DNA of 64,000 nt from Squalus acanthias (taxonomy: Eukaryota): the NCBI GenBank assembly GCA_030390025.1, contig CM059431.1, forward strand, positions 121,522,001 to 121,586,000, given 5' to 3'. Position 1 is the first letter of the stretch. Each line of letters begins with the position of its first letter. The notes beneath the pieces were generated by a model. The model worked only from the letters and a program-made list of their open reading frames with translations, had not been told where the DNA came from and made no database searches. The position numbers and the translations under genes are program-made. This document shows positions 1-14,551 of the stretch, piece by piece.

Positions 1-684
1 AACATCTCATAGTTCGCAATGCAGTGATGTATCAGGAAGGTGACCGAGGCTCTGTCCACCAAGAGAAACACTTACATCTCCTTCCCTATTGACAGAGAGA
101 CGCAGGACAAGAGAGCATGAGGTTTCACCCGCGCGGCAGCCTTCCCTATGATGCTAGGTGCCATTGACTGCAATTACATTGCCTTGCGTGCTCCCCATTA
201 GCATCCTGGAATATTTATCAATCAAAAGGGATTCCACTCCCTCAACATACAATTGGTTTGCGAACACAGGCAGCGCATCATGCAGGTCTGTGCCCGCTAT
301 CCCGGCAGCAGTCATGACTCTTTCATTCTGCGCCAGCCCTCTGTGCCACCTTTATTCCAACCAAGCCTCCAAGTGGCAGGCTGGTTATTGGGTGACAAGG
401 GTTATTCCCTCTAGACATGGCTCATGACTCCAGTTAGGAACCCATGCACAGCTGTACAGCGGGCCTACAATGAGAGCCATGCAGCCACAAGGTTCTTCAT
501 CGAGAAAAGAATCAGTATCCTCAAGCAACTGCCTGACCGTTCCGGAGGAGCTTTGCAGTTCAGCCCTGAGCGACTATCCAGATTGGTGGTCATATGCTGC
601 ATGCTCCACAATTTTGCCATCATGAGGGACCCCCGCACCCCCCCGCCCTCCCACTTATCACCACCTGTGAACCAAAAAGTTTAG
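1..684 (+). pseudogene. PIF/Harbinger (HARBI1-like) DDE transposase remnant, frameshifted
   Basis: Across frames: GAIDCxx[55 protein letters not shown]. Confidence 0.85.
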
Positions 685-2530
685 AAGCAGGAGGATGAAA
701 AGCAGAAGGAAGAGGAGGAGGAGAAGCAGTGACCAAGAGAGCCCCTATCTGCCAGAGCTCTTAGGGAGAAGCTAATTGAGGAATGGTTCAACGAAGCCAG
801 TTCTCCTACTATCTATTCACCAACAGTCCCACAATCCTTACTTCTTGTCTTACAACCACTATCAGATTATCTTGCTTCACTCTACACTTATTGGGTTTGC
901 CCTCACTTCACTGCAAAGATAAATACCAACACCAAATCCAAAATTAAATTTGTCCAATAAATAATGTAATCATTTACAGAAAATATCACTATTCACCCTT
1001 TTGTATTTCCTTACAGCCTGTGTTGTGTGCTCCTTTCCCTACCCTAGTGCTCCTATAAGGTGTTTCCCCAGTGGCTACAGCTTGGGAGGTGGAGGATGCT
1101 GAGCTTCCATTGAAGACAACCCAGACGGCCTTAGAGGATGACCTTGAGCAGCTGTGGTCCTAAAGTGCCTGGCTGCAGACTGCAGCAGACTGGGCCAGCT
1201 GGCTGAATGGCACTGGGTGTGTGTCTGGCAAGGGAGCAGGAATGCTGTCATTCTGAGAGAGGACAGCAAGTTCCTTTCCCAAGGAGCCAAGGCCACTCTC
1301 CCATTGCGGCGCCTCAGCATCCTTGTGTTCTATTGGAGTAGAGAGTGATGTGACACCCTGCAAGCCCCTTTCAGCAGTGGTACCCAGAGCCAAGATGGTA
1401 GTGAACTCCCATGGCAGCTGTTTGTGCTGCGATGGAAGCTGTCAGATTTTTCGTGAGACGCTCCACCATGGTGGGTACCACTGAATTGCTGATGGAGTTG
1501 ACCACTCATTCCATATTTGAAAGAATGGTCTCAATGCTCTGCGCAAAGCCTTGGGCCTCGTTGGAGGTGGATTCTACCATGCTCCTTGACATTGTACACA
1601 AGCTCTCCGACCGGCTGCACCAAGCATTTCATGGTGTATGCCCATTAACCATCTTCGATAGCCTGGTCTACTGAAGTCTGCATCTCAGTCCTCTGTAGCA
1701 GAACTAGTATGTGACCTTCCCCTCTGGAATTCTGACACCTGTGGTATCCTATCCCTCTAACCTAGCTCCTGTGCACTTGTGCCCAGTGAGTCACCACGTG
1801 CAGATCCCGCATCTAACCTAACCTCCAAGATCCACGTGGTATCAGTATCCCAGCTGGTGGTTTCGAGAGTTAGATCAAGTGATGGTGCATGTCCATGTTC
1901 ACTCTGCTCCTCTTCCTCCACTGGCTGAGGGGCGATCACATTCTGAGGAGCTGAAATGAGAAAGAGGGATGGGTTAGGTTATGGGGTGAGGGAGAGCAGA
2001 GGTGTGTTGGAAGCATCGCCAGCTTGTCTTGCAGAGTGCGTGGGGTGAGGGAGAAGTCAGAAGAAACAAACAGGATTAGGTATAAAGAAACCCAGCTTGG
2101 TGTGTCCTCCAGCATCACCAGTGGCCAATGCCGCCACTCTGACCCTTCCCATGAGTGCCACTACCGTCAAGGAGTGAAATGGTGTGCCGATGCACTGGTC
2201 CTCCACCAGTGGCAGCCTCCTGCCTGGTGTTGTGTGCTATCTTCTCCTGTAAGTGAATTAGTGAGAGTCTTGTGAGATGTTTGGAGATAGTGGCTCTCAT
2301 GGTTGAATTGCTGCCAGTGTGTATATGAGATGTGAGTTGTGGGTGTGAAGTTTGTAGTTTGTAATAGTGCAGAGTATGTGAGGATGAGCATGAATAATAT
2401 TAAATTAAGTGTGCTGTACTGATTGTAGCAGAGTGTTGGGTGATGGGGGTGGGGAGTGCTGTGAGTGTTGCAATTAATGAGACTGTGAGTGGTGCAGCTG
2501 GCACTCAATGTACTTGAATAATATTCTTAC

Positions 2531-2770
2531 CTTGACAACTCTAATCAAGTCATTGAACTTTTTCCAGCATTGCCGCCATGTCCTAGGAGCAATGCTCCTG
2601 CCAGTGACCACGTTGGCAATCTTCCCCCACTGCCTCCTCATCAGATGCCTGGAGGGCTGCCTGCCCCCTCGGGAAAAAAGGATGTCCCTCCTCCTCTCCA
2701 CTTCCTGCACCAGGGGCTCCAGTGCAGCATCAGTGAACCTTGGTGCCCGCTCTCTCCCTGCTTCAACCAT
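2531..2770 (-). pseudogene. Harbinger Myb/SANT (trihelix) partner gene, first coding exon, convergent with the transposase at 1-684
   Basis: MVEAGRERAPRFTDAALEPLVQEVERRRDILF...W..IA..V...RTWRQCWKKFNDL, followed by a minus-strand donor AAG|GTAAG. Confidence 0.8.
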
Positions 2771-4849
2771 TTTAATCACAGGTAGTACGACAGTTCTTCA
2801 GCCAGAATGTTATAAGAGGTGTTGGCTACCTTTAAGCAGAGTCATGGCCTCCCAATATCAGGGCCCCCCTTTATGCATGCAGCTGATGAACAATGCGGGT
2901 AGGCTTGGCTGCATGCAGCAATCATGGAAATTAGCAGAATGCATGGATTTTACATGCTGTCTGCATAGCTCTCAACAGATGCAGGTTAATCGAGCACCGC
3001 AATCCCCATGCCCATTCTCCCACACTAATCAATTTCAAGATCATGGTGTCCATATTTCCCAGGATTGGGATAGTCCCATTTTCATTGTTGTGGCAGGTTG
3101 CTTTGAGACTAATTAAAATGTAAATGCTCACTTCTAATCTGCGAATAGGGACGACCACCTATTTTTTTTAGCGGGTCAATAACAGCTTGTAAAATAATTT
3201 AGCAGGTTAGTAAACACTAGGGGACACAAGTGGTATAATTAAGTCATTGCATCTGCTCCAACAAAATAATTGAAGATAAAAATGAACAAGAAAGCGCAAT
3301 TAAACCTGGCATTGCAGCATATATAGAGTGTGTCGCAGTGCCAATTTGGCACAGTGGTCAAAGTACTGGTAGAACATTGTGTACCAGTGTTTTAGAAGCA
3401 GGTTTTTTTTTCCAGTTGCAAGTTCAGTTTGTGAAAATCTGTCCAATTTATCGTAGAACTATTTGAGTATCCAAAATGACACAGCAAAACTACCGCTTCT
3501 CCGCCATGCAGATCATCGGGTGTTGCCTGTATTGGTTTGGGGCTTACAGCGCTATTGCTCAGCCTTGGGGGCTGGCTGGGGGGAGTGTCAGGGGACACCC
3601 ACAGAAATTCCTACACCATAGAGTAGCTTACCCCTACTCTAGACTTGGGTAAGTGGGGTATGTCACCACAGGGAGAGAGTGTATACTATCGGAATTAGCA
3701 GCCTGGTTTGCAGACTATTCAGCATGGTGATAAGTTTCTGTGTGTCTGACCAACAAAAATCCTTCATATACTTTCCACTACTCTCTTGATCCTGTTCACC
3801 ACATTACTAGTCTCATCCCCAGACTTCTTAAGTATCTTCAATCAATAAGGCCACAAATCCCCGGTATACTGTTTCCACCTCATGCACCCCACACTTTTGT
3901 TCGACATTTCTGCACCCAGCCTCCAATGCTATACATTTCAGTATGTATATCTATTTACAAACACATGAAAAAGACAGACAGAAAAGTACCAGCTAGTCCA
4001 TTGAGCCTGTCCTATTCTGCTGTGTTGCAACTTGGCAACATGACCCCCTAGTACTCCCCACCCACCACCAGCATGTTGTCCTCTGGAAGAGCCAAAATAC
4101 AGATTTATAAAACCTTAGGTCAATTCAGAAAAAAAAAAATAGAATTTCTGGGAAATTCCTCTCCAACCCCCGATGACAAAAAAAAATGAATTCCAAGGAC
4201 CACAAAGTAGATTACCCAACATCTTACCTACTTTTTGTTTGCAGAGATATAAGTATCCTGCAGACATCATCGGCAGACAATCAGCTAGGTGGGAGTGGAG
4301 TGCTTGGGTGTTCATGTTTGAGTGTTAAAGTTTTAAACTGGTTATGTATCAGTAGAGGGGAGAGAAGCAGCAGAAGCTCAAGGCTAAGGGAGAGACTCAG
4401 TGAAGGAAAAGTAAACATGAAACAGAAGACTATGAAAAAAACCAGTAAGAGTGGTTGCAAGGGACAGGCACCAGAAGGCTGGGGAGCAACAGTGCCGAGA
4501 AGTAACTAAGGAAGTGTCTTAGTGAATTAGGATGAAGGAAAGGGAACCAGAGTGACTGAGACATAAAGGTTGAGCACAGGAAGCAAAAACTCAAGCTAAT
4601 GCAAGGAACTTGCTGAAAATCACATTGAAAATTAAATAAGTAAAGTAAAATAAAGCAACAAGAGTGCTTAAATCTGGGTAAAAGAAATCATAGAACCCTC
4701 TGAGCCTGCAATAACTCGCTACCTGGTCCAGATGGTCTCAGAGAGCCTGGGACTGGGACTGAGAGCAGGCCACACACAGGCACTGGCTGACATTAAATAT
4801 ATAAGAGAGCAAAATTAAGTGTAATCCCACAAACTCTTCTGATGTACAA

Positions 4850-6250
4850 GCTGCGCATGGTGTAAGCATGCACCTCTTGCTTTCTCCCTCTCCCCTCACC
4901 ACAACTCTACCTTTGCGCCTTCTTCATTTCAGACACCCAAGAAATGCAGCCTGCCCAGCCAGTCATTGACCAAGAAGAGGGAGAGGAGAGTGAAGAAAAA
5001 GAAGAAGAAGAAGAAACACCGTCACTTGATTTCACACTGCCAGCCACCAGCTCCTCAAGGTCATCCAGCAAGGCCATTTGCAGTGTCCCCCACTGAAAGT
5101 CAGCAGCCTTCCACCAGCCATGCTGCAGCCACTGGGGTAGCACTGCATGACATCAGTAGGATAGGCAAAGGCACACACAAGACAGTCACTAAGGGAATGC
5201 ATAATGGTGATTAGTTGATTTTTTGATGTGATATTGGATGCATATATGGATAAATTTGGATTGGAAAGTTTGCTTTGTGGTGGCTTTTATTTCAGCATTG
5301 TAGCCAAGAGGTCAGTAACAGAGGGAAGGTAAGGTGTGGGACTAATGTTGAAAGGGGAATTGGGGTTGCAGTCACTGGTGGTTGATTCCATCCCAGGTAA
5401 CCCGGTCAGAAAGGGGCTGTCTGGGTTGCATCCTTCCTTTCACTTTCTCCTCTTCTGCATCTTCCTCTTCTGCATTTTCCTCTCCTGCTTCCTCATCTTT
5501 TGCGTCTTCCTCTTCTGCTTCCTCTTCTTCGCTCTGCGAGCAACTTGTCCCCTTTGCTGCCTCTGCTTCATCTCCATGTGATGTTACAACCCAGTGAGGA
5601 CTGCAACTAGAGCCTCCAGAACTGTGAGCAAGTGGTCTTCCCAGATGTAAATACTGCGGATTCTGGAAATCTGAAATAAAAGCAGAAAATGCTGGAAATA
5701 CTCAGCAGGTCAAGCAGCATCGCGACATGAAACTTTAACTCTGTTTCTCTCTCCATGGATGCTGCCTGACCTACTGAGTATTTCCAGCATTTTCTGTCAT
5801 CTCAGAAGCCTTCCTTTACCATTCAAAGCCATGCAAACATCCAGCAGCACTTTAACAACTTTTTAAATGTATTGCACGAACTTCAATAATATAAAGAAAT
5901 CAGTCCAAAAGCTGAAATCCAAACTTACCTGATGTGTGTGTCCCTTTAAGAAGTGCTGACAGTGTCTCTACAGGACTGCTTCATGCACATTTTTCTGTGT
6001 GTATTTAGGATAGGGTGTATGGCGTGCGAGAACATCCAAAATAGCAGTCACAGTATCAAATCAGGCATTGTACGGTGATTGACATCATGATCTGTTTATT
6101 TGAATTTGAGAGGCCAGCGCTGTCAACGGCAGCCCTATGGCCCTCATCAAAATGGCGGCCACCATGTCCCACGCCAGAAGTGGGCAGAAATGAGGCAGCT
6201 GCCATTTTTTCAACAAAACTGGCCTTAACAGCTAGGAATTTCTAGGACCT
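4850..6250. mobile_element. Degenerate Harbinger-derived fragment, paralogous to 18640-18898/23492-23700/25180-25953
   Basis: Shared sequence with the element at 17668-25953 (ccaagaagaggga...gaagaaacacc; ctgaaagtcagcagcc; catgacatcagtaggatag); boundaries approximate. Confidence 0.6.
5650..5797. repeat. Short fold-back interspersed repeat (related copies ~8690, ~25345-25485, ~57980)
   Basis: cagaaaatgctggaaatactcagcaggtca ... tgacctactgagtatttccagcattttctg form a ~30-bp inverted repeat. Confidence 0.7.
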
Positions 6251-7355
6251 CGGGATCATTAACAGAGTGGTGCCCTCTGCAGGGGACCTGGGTGTGTGTG
6301 TGAGCAGGTAAAGCAACAGCGTGGCTCTTCAATCAATCAGATTGAAGAATCATCATGGAGACACACAGGGGATAATTTTATCCCCCCAAAATCGGTTTGG
6401 TTTGGGTGGGAGGTTAAAATGTTAAAAATCTAAAACAGGAACTGAACCTGAATCAAACCCACCCACCTCCGGTTTTAACGGAGGTGGGATGAGAGGCGAG
6501 CAACCAAGCTGCTCGCAGGAGGCAGGTCAGGTAGTTAAAACCTAGTAAGAAGGCTGCATGCCTTCATTTTAACAGTGATTCTATTTTTAACTCATGGCGG
6601 CCGAATTTCCCAGACCTCGGGAAACCTGGCAGGTTAAAGGAGGCGAGAAGGGCTGGATCCATAAGGTAAGTGCCGTTACAGCACTGCTTGTGGGCCAGGA
6701 GGAACAGGAGAGTTTCCTCCAGGCCCAACAAGCTTACCTATAAACCGCACCCCCCACCCCACCCCCCAGCACGATGTGTCAGCTTTCCCCACCTCCCGCC
6801 GCCGCCCCCCCGCCCGGGATTGTCCACCACCGACCACGTTCTAGCCCCTAACCTCCTTCTGCTCCATCCCCTCTGATCGAACACCACACCTCCGCGATAT
6901 CTCCCACCCCCCACTAGACCCCTGATGGCGATCTCGCCCTACCTGCTGCTCGGTTGTGGCCTATTGCTGCAGGATTTCCCTCCCGACAGGCCGCCAGCCT
7001 GTCAATCAGGCTGGCTGTCGGGCAGAAAACCTACAGAAAAAATTTAAAAGACGTCCTGCATTTAAACACGAAGGACCTTTGGGAAACCTGTATTTCCAGG
7101 TTTCCCGTCCATAACTCCTCCCCTGCACTGAATGCTCCTCTGAGATTAGATCGGGCCTTGCAGAGTCTAAACCAGGAAGTATAAATTAGAATATTAAATT
7201 CATTGTAAAATTATGTGCAGAAAGCGAAATAAAGACAGGAAAAGAAAGATGGGATTCGGAGAGAGAGAAAACAAAGAGACAGAAAGAAAATGTTAAAAAA
7301 ATAAATAAAAAAAAATCTCCAACAATAATCAAAATCTGAAGGAATGAGACTCCAC

Positions 7356-8095
7356 GGGGGAAAAATTTGGTTGCTTTGTGCTTCCTGTTAGCGCCCTAAC
7401 GCTAACCTAAGAGGGCGCTAACGGGGCGCAAAGCAACTAGTGCCCGGGCACGGCGCCGCCAACGCCTCCCACGAAATTCAGCGGGAGGTTTGCGGCAGTG
7501 CTAACTGTTAGTGCCCCGCGGTGCTGCTCTGCCGGCAATTACATCGTCGCCATGCGCAGCGCCCCGCTCACACCCCGGCTGCGATCTTCGGTAGCGCCCC
7601 CTGACTTACCGCCAGACGCTATGTCCGACGGGGTCAGGGGGGCCCTACCTGTGGCCGGGGCGGCGCTATTTAAAGGCGAAGTGCCGGGCGGCCATTTTTG
7701 TTGATGGCCGCCTGCCAGCACCTGCCTCCGCTGCCGTCCCTGGCCTCCTGACCTGCTCCACCCGCGGAGTGCTGGCTGCGCTCCATGAGCCCGGCACTGC
7801 TCTTTTGCCGGCACTCTGATCCCCGGTGGCCCAGCTGGGACCCGGGTCATGCTGCACAAGGCCCTTCTCCTTTAAGAAGGGGAGGAAGGCCTGCAATACC
7901 GCGGCACGTAGCGCCGCGATATTCACTCGCAGCACCCCAAGAGGTAGGCGGGGTGCTTCCAGTAGGCGCCCTGCTTCCCTCTTAGGGCGCAACCACTCAA
8001 TTTCGGCCACAGGGGCGCTAATATTTCCGGGGTGCTAAAATTAGCGCCCCGGCGAAGTTAGTGCCCCAAAGGGGGCGCAACTCCATTTTTCCCAC
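7356..8095. mobile_element. GC-rich non-autonomous DNA transposon (MITE, Harbinger-like)
   Basis: Imperfect TIRs gggggaaaaatttggttgc / gcaactccatttttcccac, flanking CAC duplication; homologous inverted copy at ~26508-27191 and related element at ~11800-12703. Confidence 0.7.
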
Positions 8096-10315
8096 CACAT
8101 CTGTAAAATTAAATTTTCTGGGCCAGAGCGGTTGTTTGGCAGTAATTAAGACTTAACACACCGTTTAAAATTCACTTACACGTGAATGCACCAGCCCTAA
8201 CTTTTTCTGTCCTGTTTAGTGGGTAACTAGTGGGCAAGTACAGGAGCTTCACGCTTTACATGAATTTCAATGTAGAGTCTATCAGTGAGCTACCAGTGTA
8301 ACAAAGCTTGTGGAGGAGTAGGGCATCTCTGACAGCAACTTCCTGATTTCCACGTTTAACTGCACATGTGCGGACGGTGGAAGGTGCAGTCCACTTTACT
8401 CCAGAATAACGGTGAGCGCTGATAGCCTCACCTTTATTATTAATGCAAAATCCAGGCCAATATTTATGTTCAAGTTCATTTCTATACAACATTTTAACTG
8501 CTTCACAACAAGAAATAAAATTGATGATCATAATGCTCGCACAATCGTCAATTTATCTTTTAATGTCCATAATTTACTTCAAGGTACATTACAATGTCAC
8601 GGTCGACCAACAGAAGCAAGTGAAGAACACTTTTGCTGTAAACTTTAACCTTTAACTGCACAACTAGAAAATAAACTCTTCAAAGGCTAGAAATCTGAAA
8701 TAAAAACTGAAAATACCAGAAATACACAGCAAGTCAGTCAGTATGTGTAAATGGAAGCGACAAGTCAACATTTTTGGCGTGGTCTTTTTGTCAAAGTTGG
8801 TGTTCGAACAAAGATTCCACATCTGCCATGTTAACCCGCCTTTTCTCTGCTCCTTCGTCAGGTGAAGTTTACTTTTTGAAACCTTAACTTCTGTGCTCAT
8901 CACGCACCAACTACCTGGATGTACCAAACTTCTCCAGTGTCCGAGTGCTCATGGGAATAGTATCAATGTTATCAATTAAGAGAACTGAAAATAAACAGTT
9001 TATTAAAGGCTTAAAAAAGAACATGGTTGAAATAATTCTTACATTAAAGATTTTACTGTTTCCATGAACTTGATGATGAGGATTAGTTGCTTAAGCTTAT
9101 TAAAGTTTAACAAGTCAGTGTTGTTAGTGGTTTTAAGTGAGATATTTCATTCAAATACACAAGGTGAAATGTTTTTGACAATATTAATAAAAGTCATAAT
9201 ATAAGTATTTTTTAAAAATCTTAATTTTTCTCATTACTTTTTCTTGCCAGGCTCCATATCACCGATATCCAGTAACAGCCACACTGTTCATTGCTGCTCC
9301 ACAGTTGGCCAGCATGAGATACAGGACTACCTTGTTAGAACAGTAGATTGCAAAATTTCATAAGAACCAATTAATGCACGTGTTACCAATACTACACCGA
9401 TCAATTCCAGCCCATAAGAACCATTTTAGATTTTTCTCTCTCTTTTTGTACACTCCTCTCCAAACTTTTGCAACATGGTGCTCCTCCCTAGTGCTCTGGC
9501 TGAGATCTGACAGACACTCTTTCACCTGAGGCAAGAGTTGTAATGGCAGCCAGCCCAAAGACTTGAACAGGCTGGTTAGAAGTCAAATACTTAACTGCTT
9601 ACAAATACTTAGGTGCATTGCCTTTTTAGAAGATCATACCCTTCTGTTACAAAATAAATGGCTTTCATGTAAATGTTGGATGCCATAGGGCAGAAAATAA
9701 AAAAGTTGGATAAAAAGGACTGCAATAGAAAAACACGCATTATTCATCAAAGTTGCATGCATTATATGTGGTAGTGAAGTGTTCTGTGTTATTGCCCCAC
9801 GGGTATAACCACACACTGAGCTTCTATCTGCTTGATTCAACAAAGTTGAAGTGTTTCAGTTCTGAACCCAGTGGAAGACTACAAATTACTCTGCTCTTGT
9901 GCTAACAGCATTCCCTTAGAGATGGCAGTTCTGAAACATTTAACACTTTGCTTAGCTCGTATGCATATACTATGTAACATAATCCTTTGCATACTGCATT
10001 GGCAGGGGAGAAATTCAACTAATGCCGGAAACCAGCAGGAATTGGAATGCACGCCCGATGATGTCAGTGAGTGGCATGCAGGAAAGTGTGTGCCTCATTT
10101 GATTATGATTGGTGAGCTGCCTGCACTACTCACGCTGTTTATTGACAGCTCATTGATGGGCGGGGTGGGAAATCGGACATCTGCGATGCCATGGAAAGCC
10201 AGCCTGCCCCTCTTAAAGGGGAGGTGCACTTTGGCTGCTGTCATCGGAATTACAGTTCAACACTGGAAATGGTAGGCAGAGGTGGTGCAGGAAGGGCTCC
10301 CCGAATTTCAGAGTT

Positions 10316-11342
10316 TGTAGATTTCAAAAAAACCCGGTACAATAGCAAAATGCTGAAAGCCTGTTTGGCCCAGTGGTAAGGGTATGAAACGGTTAAACTT
10401 CACGGCACAGAAAAGGTGCCAGTCATCAAAGTCTGCAGTTCTTGGAGAACGCATTGATACTGGACAATGAAAGCTTTGACTCATGATTAACTCTTAAAAG
10501 GACATTGACATTGAACTGTGAGGCCTTGAATCATGATTGGTTTCGATAGGAAAAATTAACATCTGGACAATGCTCTGAGTTTAACTGAAACAATGGGGGT
10601 CACGATCGACTTCCTGACATGAATGGAAGTTACACAAGTCCCGAGCAGACAATCAGCAACCGCCCATCAACAGTAATAGAAGTCACATTTAAGATGCGTT
10701 ACAGAAAGCGGAAGAGGAGATAAGGAGTTATCTTCGATCTCACAACTCTGTACACCTCCGGTGATTGAATTACAGGTTGACGAGGTGTGAATGTCGGACA
10801 GTTCAGCAAACCGACAACCGAAACTGGTTGGGGGAGGCCCAGCATGGGGCCAGGTGACTAAAAGAACTATAAGAAGGAACACACCACAACTCTCTCTCTT
10901 TCACTTGGAAGCTCTCTCTGGGAAGCTCTCTCTCTCTCAGAAGCTAGCTCTGACTACAGTAACTGCCAGGTATAAGAAGGAAGGGAAGACGGTCATCTCC
11001 AGCTCCCAGCCTGCAATCGACGTCGGCCACGACCAGCCGGATGGGTGATTGTAAGTATCAGTTGACTCTACAAGGGGTTTGCGCTGTGTAGGCAGCTGCA
11101 GTCAGATAAAGGAGGACGGGGACAGGTCATCTCCGATCCACAATCCACAACGGTAATGACCGGCCGTATGGGTGATTGTAAGTTTCAGCCAAATCTCAAC
11201 AGGTTTTTGTCTGTGTTCTGTTGGTTTTAATAAACTAACAGTTTTGGGTTGAAGCTAAACCTTTGTGTCGTCTGCCATTTTGTTCCTGTAAAACCCAGAG
11301 TCAAAGAACGCTTGTAAGGACGAGGAAACCAAACACCTTACA
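10316..11342 (+). mobile_element. Solo LTR (1027 bp) inserted in a Harbinger Myb/SANT remnant
   Basis: TGTAGATTTC...CCTTACA termini, 4-bp TSD AGTT (10312-10315 / 11343-11346), AATAAA near 11229; Myb-like sequence continues on both sides. Confidence 0.8.
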
Positions 11343-13472
11343 AGTTGTTGGTGGAGGAGCTACCTTTTCCAGCCAAAGGGAGAAGGGTTCCAAGGCAAGT
11401 TGCCCAGCGCCAGAGGGCAGAGGTGACAGCAGGCAAATGGGAGAAGCATAGCGCCCAGGACCTGGCTGCAATGCCAGCAAAAAAATCAGTGATCTGACCA
11501 GAGCTGCTAAGATAAGACTCCTTTTCACATCTACCTTTTAGATTAGTCCTGCACCAACTGTAGCCACTACAGTCACAAGCCTTCCCTCCCCGACTACCCA
11601 TTACTGTCCTCCAAACACAGCAGCACACTACACTGAAACTCCTTCTGCTGCTACAGGCACACTGTGAACCGACTAATATACTCACAATTACTTCCCTCAC
11701 CTCCACACACAAGGCCCATCTTTCATGTACCTGCAACACTATTGTACCCTGACAGGTACATTTTCATAACCTTTCACCAGGCCACACACTAAAACACTTC
11801 AGGTGAAAAATTTGGTTGCTTTGCGCCTCCTGTCAGCGCCCTAAGAGGCGCTAATGGGGCGCAAAGCAACTAGTGTCCAGGTGCGGCGATGTTTGCGCCG
11901 CTCGCGAAATTGACCAGACGTTTTGCGGCGGCACTAAACACTACCTCCACGATCTCCTGCGGCCGCAGATCGTGACATCAATTGAGCGTGCAACGCCTCG
12001 GTAGTGCTCCTGACCGGATATTGAGTGGCACCCCCTGCCTTACCACCTGCCGTTAGCAACGACAGGTTGAGGGGAACGTTTTGCAGTCAGGAAGGGACTG
12101 GGGGAGTGCTATTTAAAGGCAACCACTTCCTGCCTTTTGTTGTCGGTGACATTTTTGCACCACGCATTCTGAGAGAGTGAGAGAGAGAGAGAGAGAGACT
12201 TCTGATAAGATTCAACGCTGTGTGAAAGAGTTTTGGGAACTGAGCAGCACTTTGCAGATTCATTTTGATTTGATCTTCCTTGCATCGATTTTGAAGAGAC
12301 GATGGGGGCTGCACTTTGATCTCTTTCCCTGGGCCTCTCCATTGTTCTTTCCAGCAGATTTGATGTACAGGTCTCTCCAGGCCGAGATTCAAGGCTGCAA
12401 TGAGCAGGGTGTGGATGGAGAGCAAGATCGACCCTCCCCTTTAAGAACTGGCCGGCGCCAGTGTGTCTGTGTTCCATTGCTGACTGACATCACATGAGCT
12501 TCGCCAGTGCTCTGAGGTAGTGCCTCGCTCCTCGGCGTTAGCGCCTTAAGAGAGGTGTGTAGCGCCTGATTTAGCACTCCAATCACCTCCAGGGGCGATA
12601 GAAGCCAAGTTTGCAGTTGGAGGAGATAATTAGCGCCAGGCGCTAAACTTTGCGCCCGGCCGATAATTGCACCCCAAACGGGGTATACCGAATTTCTCCC
12701 CCTTCCTTTCTACATGCAGGAGATGCTGGCTCAGACAGGAGGATGACCAACCAAGCATCAATGTCCTCTCCCCATTAGAAGAGGCAGCCACAAAGAAATC
12801 AGGCCGGGAGCATGTCAGGAGCATTGCGACTGATGGGGCTGGAGGATACACTCTTTAGGGTGCTTGGCCATCTTACCCCCTTTTTCTCTTCTCATTGAAA
12901 CATATCCCTAAACACACTCTGCATAACAAAGTGATGCTGCTTTAAGCTGGCACTCATCTCTTACCCTTAACATTAATAGCTGACCCTTGTCCCTCTCTTC
13001 CCTTTCAAGATCCAGCAGTAGTTGAGGGCCCAGTTGGAGCAGAGGAAGAGGAGGACAGCCCTCTTGAGCACACACTGTCACTCGACCTCACTCTTGCAGA
13101 CACCATCTTAGAAAATGGCACTCCGCGGAATTTAGAGGGTCAGCTAGAGGTGTCTGCATGGGAAGATTTACCCAGCACAAATGTGCAGGAGCATGGGGAG
13201 GGAGATAGGACGGCCCAGGAACCTGTTTGGCGGAGGGTGAGGTTGCACCATAGCTCTGCTGCAGAGGGCACATATGATGACTTCAAGGGCCTAGCCTATA
13301 GAAGAAGACTGATGGCTGTGCAAGACCAATTTCTCAGTACATTTGACTGCAAGTCAGCGAGCCTACTCACAATGTCGGTAAGCCTGGAGGAGTCCCCTTC
13401 CAACTTGTGTGGGGTATTTGCAAAGGACATGGAAACAATGCAGTCAACCATGGAGCATGGAATTGTCCCATA

Positions 13473-13985
13473 AAAAGGACATAGAAGCACTGGTGAAAGT
13501 GCAAATCAGATTTACAAAGATGGTGCCAGATTTGAGAGATTACAGTTATCAGGAAAGATTGAAAGGTTTAGAAAAGAGAAGACTTAGAGGTGACCTGTTA
13601 GAGGTCTTTAAAATTATTAATGGGTTGGAGAGGGTAGATGTGGAGAGAATGTTTCCACTTGTGGGAGAATCCAAATCTAGGGGCCATAAATACAAGATAG
13701 TTACTAATAAATCCAATTGGGAAATAAGGAGAAATTTCTTTACTCAGAGAGTGGTTGGAATGTAGCACTCGCTACCACAGGAAGTGGTTGAGGCAAGTGA
13801 CTTAGATGCTTTTAAAAGCAAACTAGATGAGCACATGAGAGAAAAGGGAATAGAAAGATATGCTGAAAGGCTGAGACGAGGTAGATAGAATGGGAGGAGA
13901 CTCGTGTGGAGCATAAACACCAGCACAGAATGGTTGGGACAAATGGCCTGTTTCTGTGCTGTACATTCTATGTAATTCTATGTTA
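13473..13985 (+). mobile_element. CR1 LINE 3' fragment
   Basis: YQERL..LEKRRLRGDL.EVFKI..G, RRNFFTQRVV, CR1 3'UTR and ttctatg tail. Confidence 0.85.
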
Positions 13986-14551
13986 TTTAATGTGGTCAGC
14001 TGTATGAACACTGCAGCAGGGCATATAGTGATGGATCTTCTGCTGATAGCTCTGACACCTTTGATGGAAGTTCAGACTGCTGTCATTTTGGCTCTGGGTT
14101 CCAGCATCTCCTCTAGATTTCAAAGCATGAACGAGAGCATGGATATAGGTTTCCAAAGCATCACATCATTCCTGCACTCTGGGGTGCCGAGATACAGCAG
14201 TCAGGAGTTGGGTCCTCTAAGGCCAGAGCTCTTTGATGATGCCCACTGCGGCCATCTCAAGTACCCCCCGTGGAAGTTAAGCAGCCTTTCAGCTCTCATG
14301 TTGTAAACAATGGGGAAAGACCTTGTACGAGCACCAGAATAGGCAAACAAGCATAGAAGACAGATAATCGGGATTTGCACTAGGGTGATCGTTATTTTTC
14401 AAACTTCACTGTAATCAATCGTGAAATTAACCATTATGAACCACTTTGTTGTTGTGCAGCAGTTGGTGTTGGTGTACATTACGAGGGAAGTCATCTGGTG
14501 AGTGTAAGAAGTGACTGTGATGCTAGGAGGTGCTTTGGGTCAAGAGACAAT

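Noticed and set aside
7498..8038. Cluster of overlapping ORFs resembling a CpG-island promoter
   Set aside because: Lies wholly inside a GC-rich MITE with a paralogue at 26508-27191; ORFs reflect GC content
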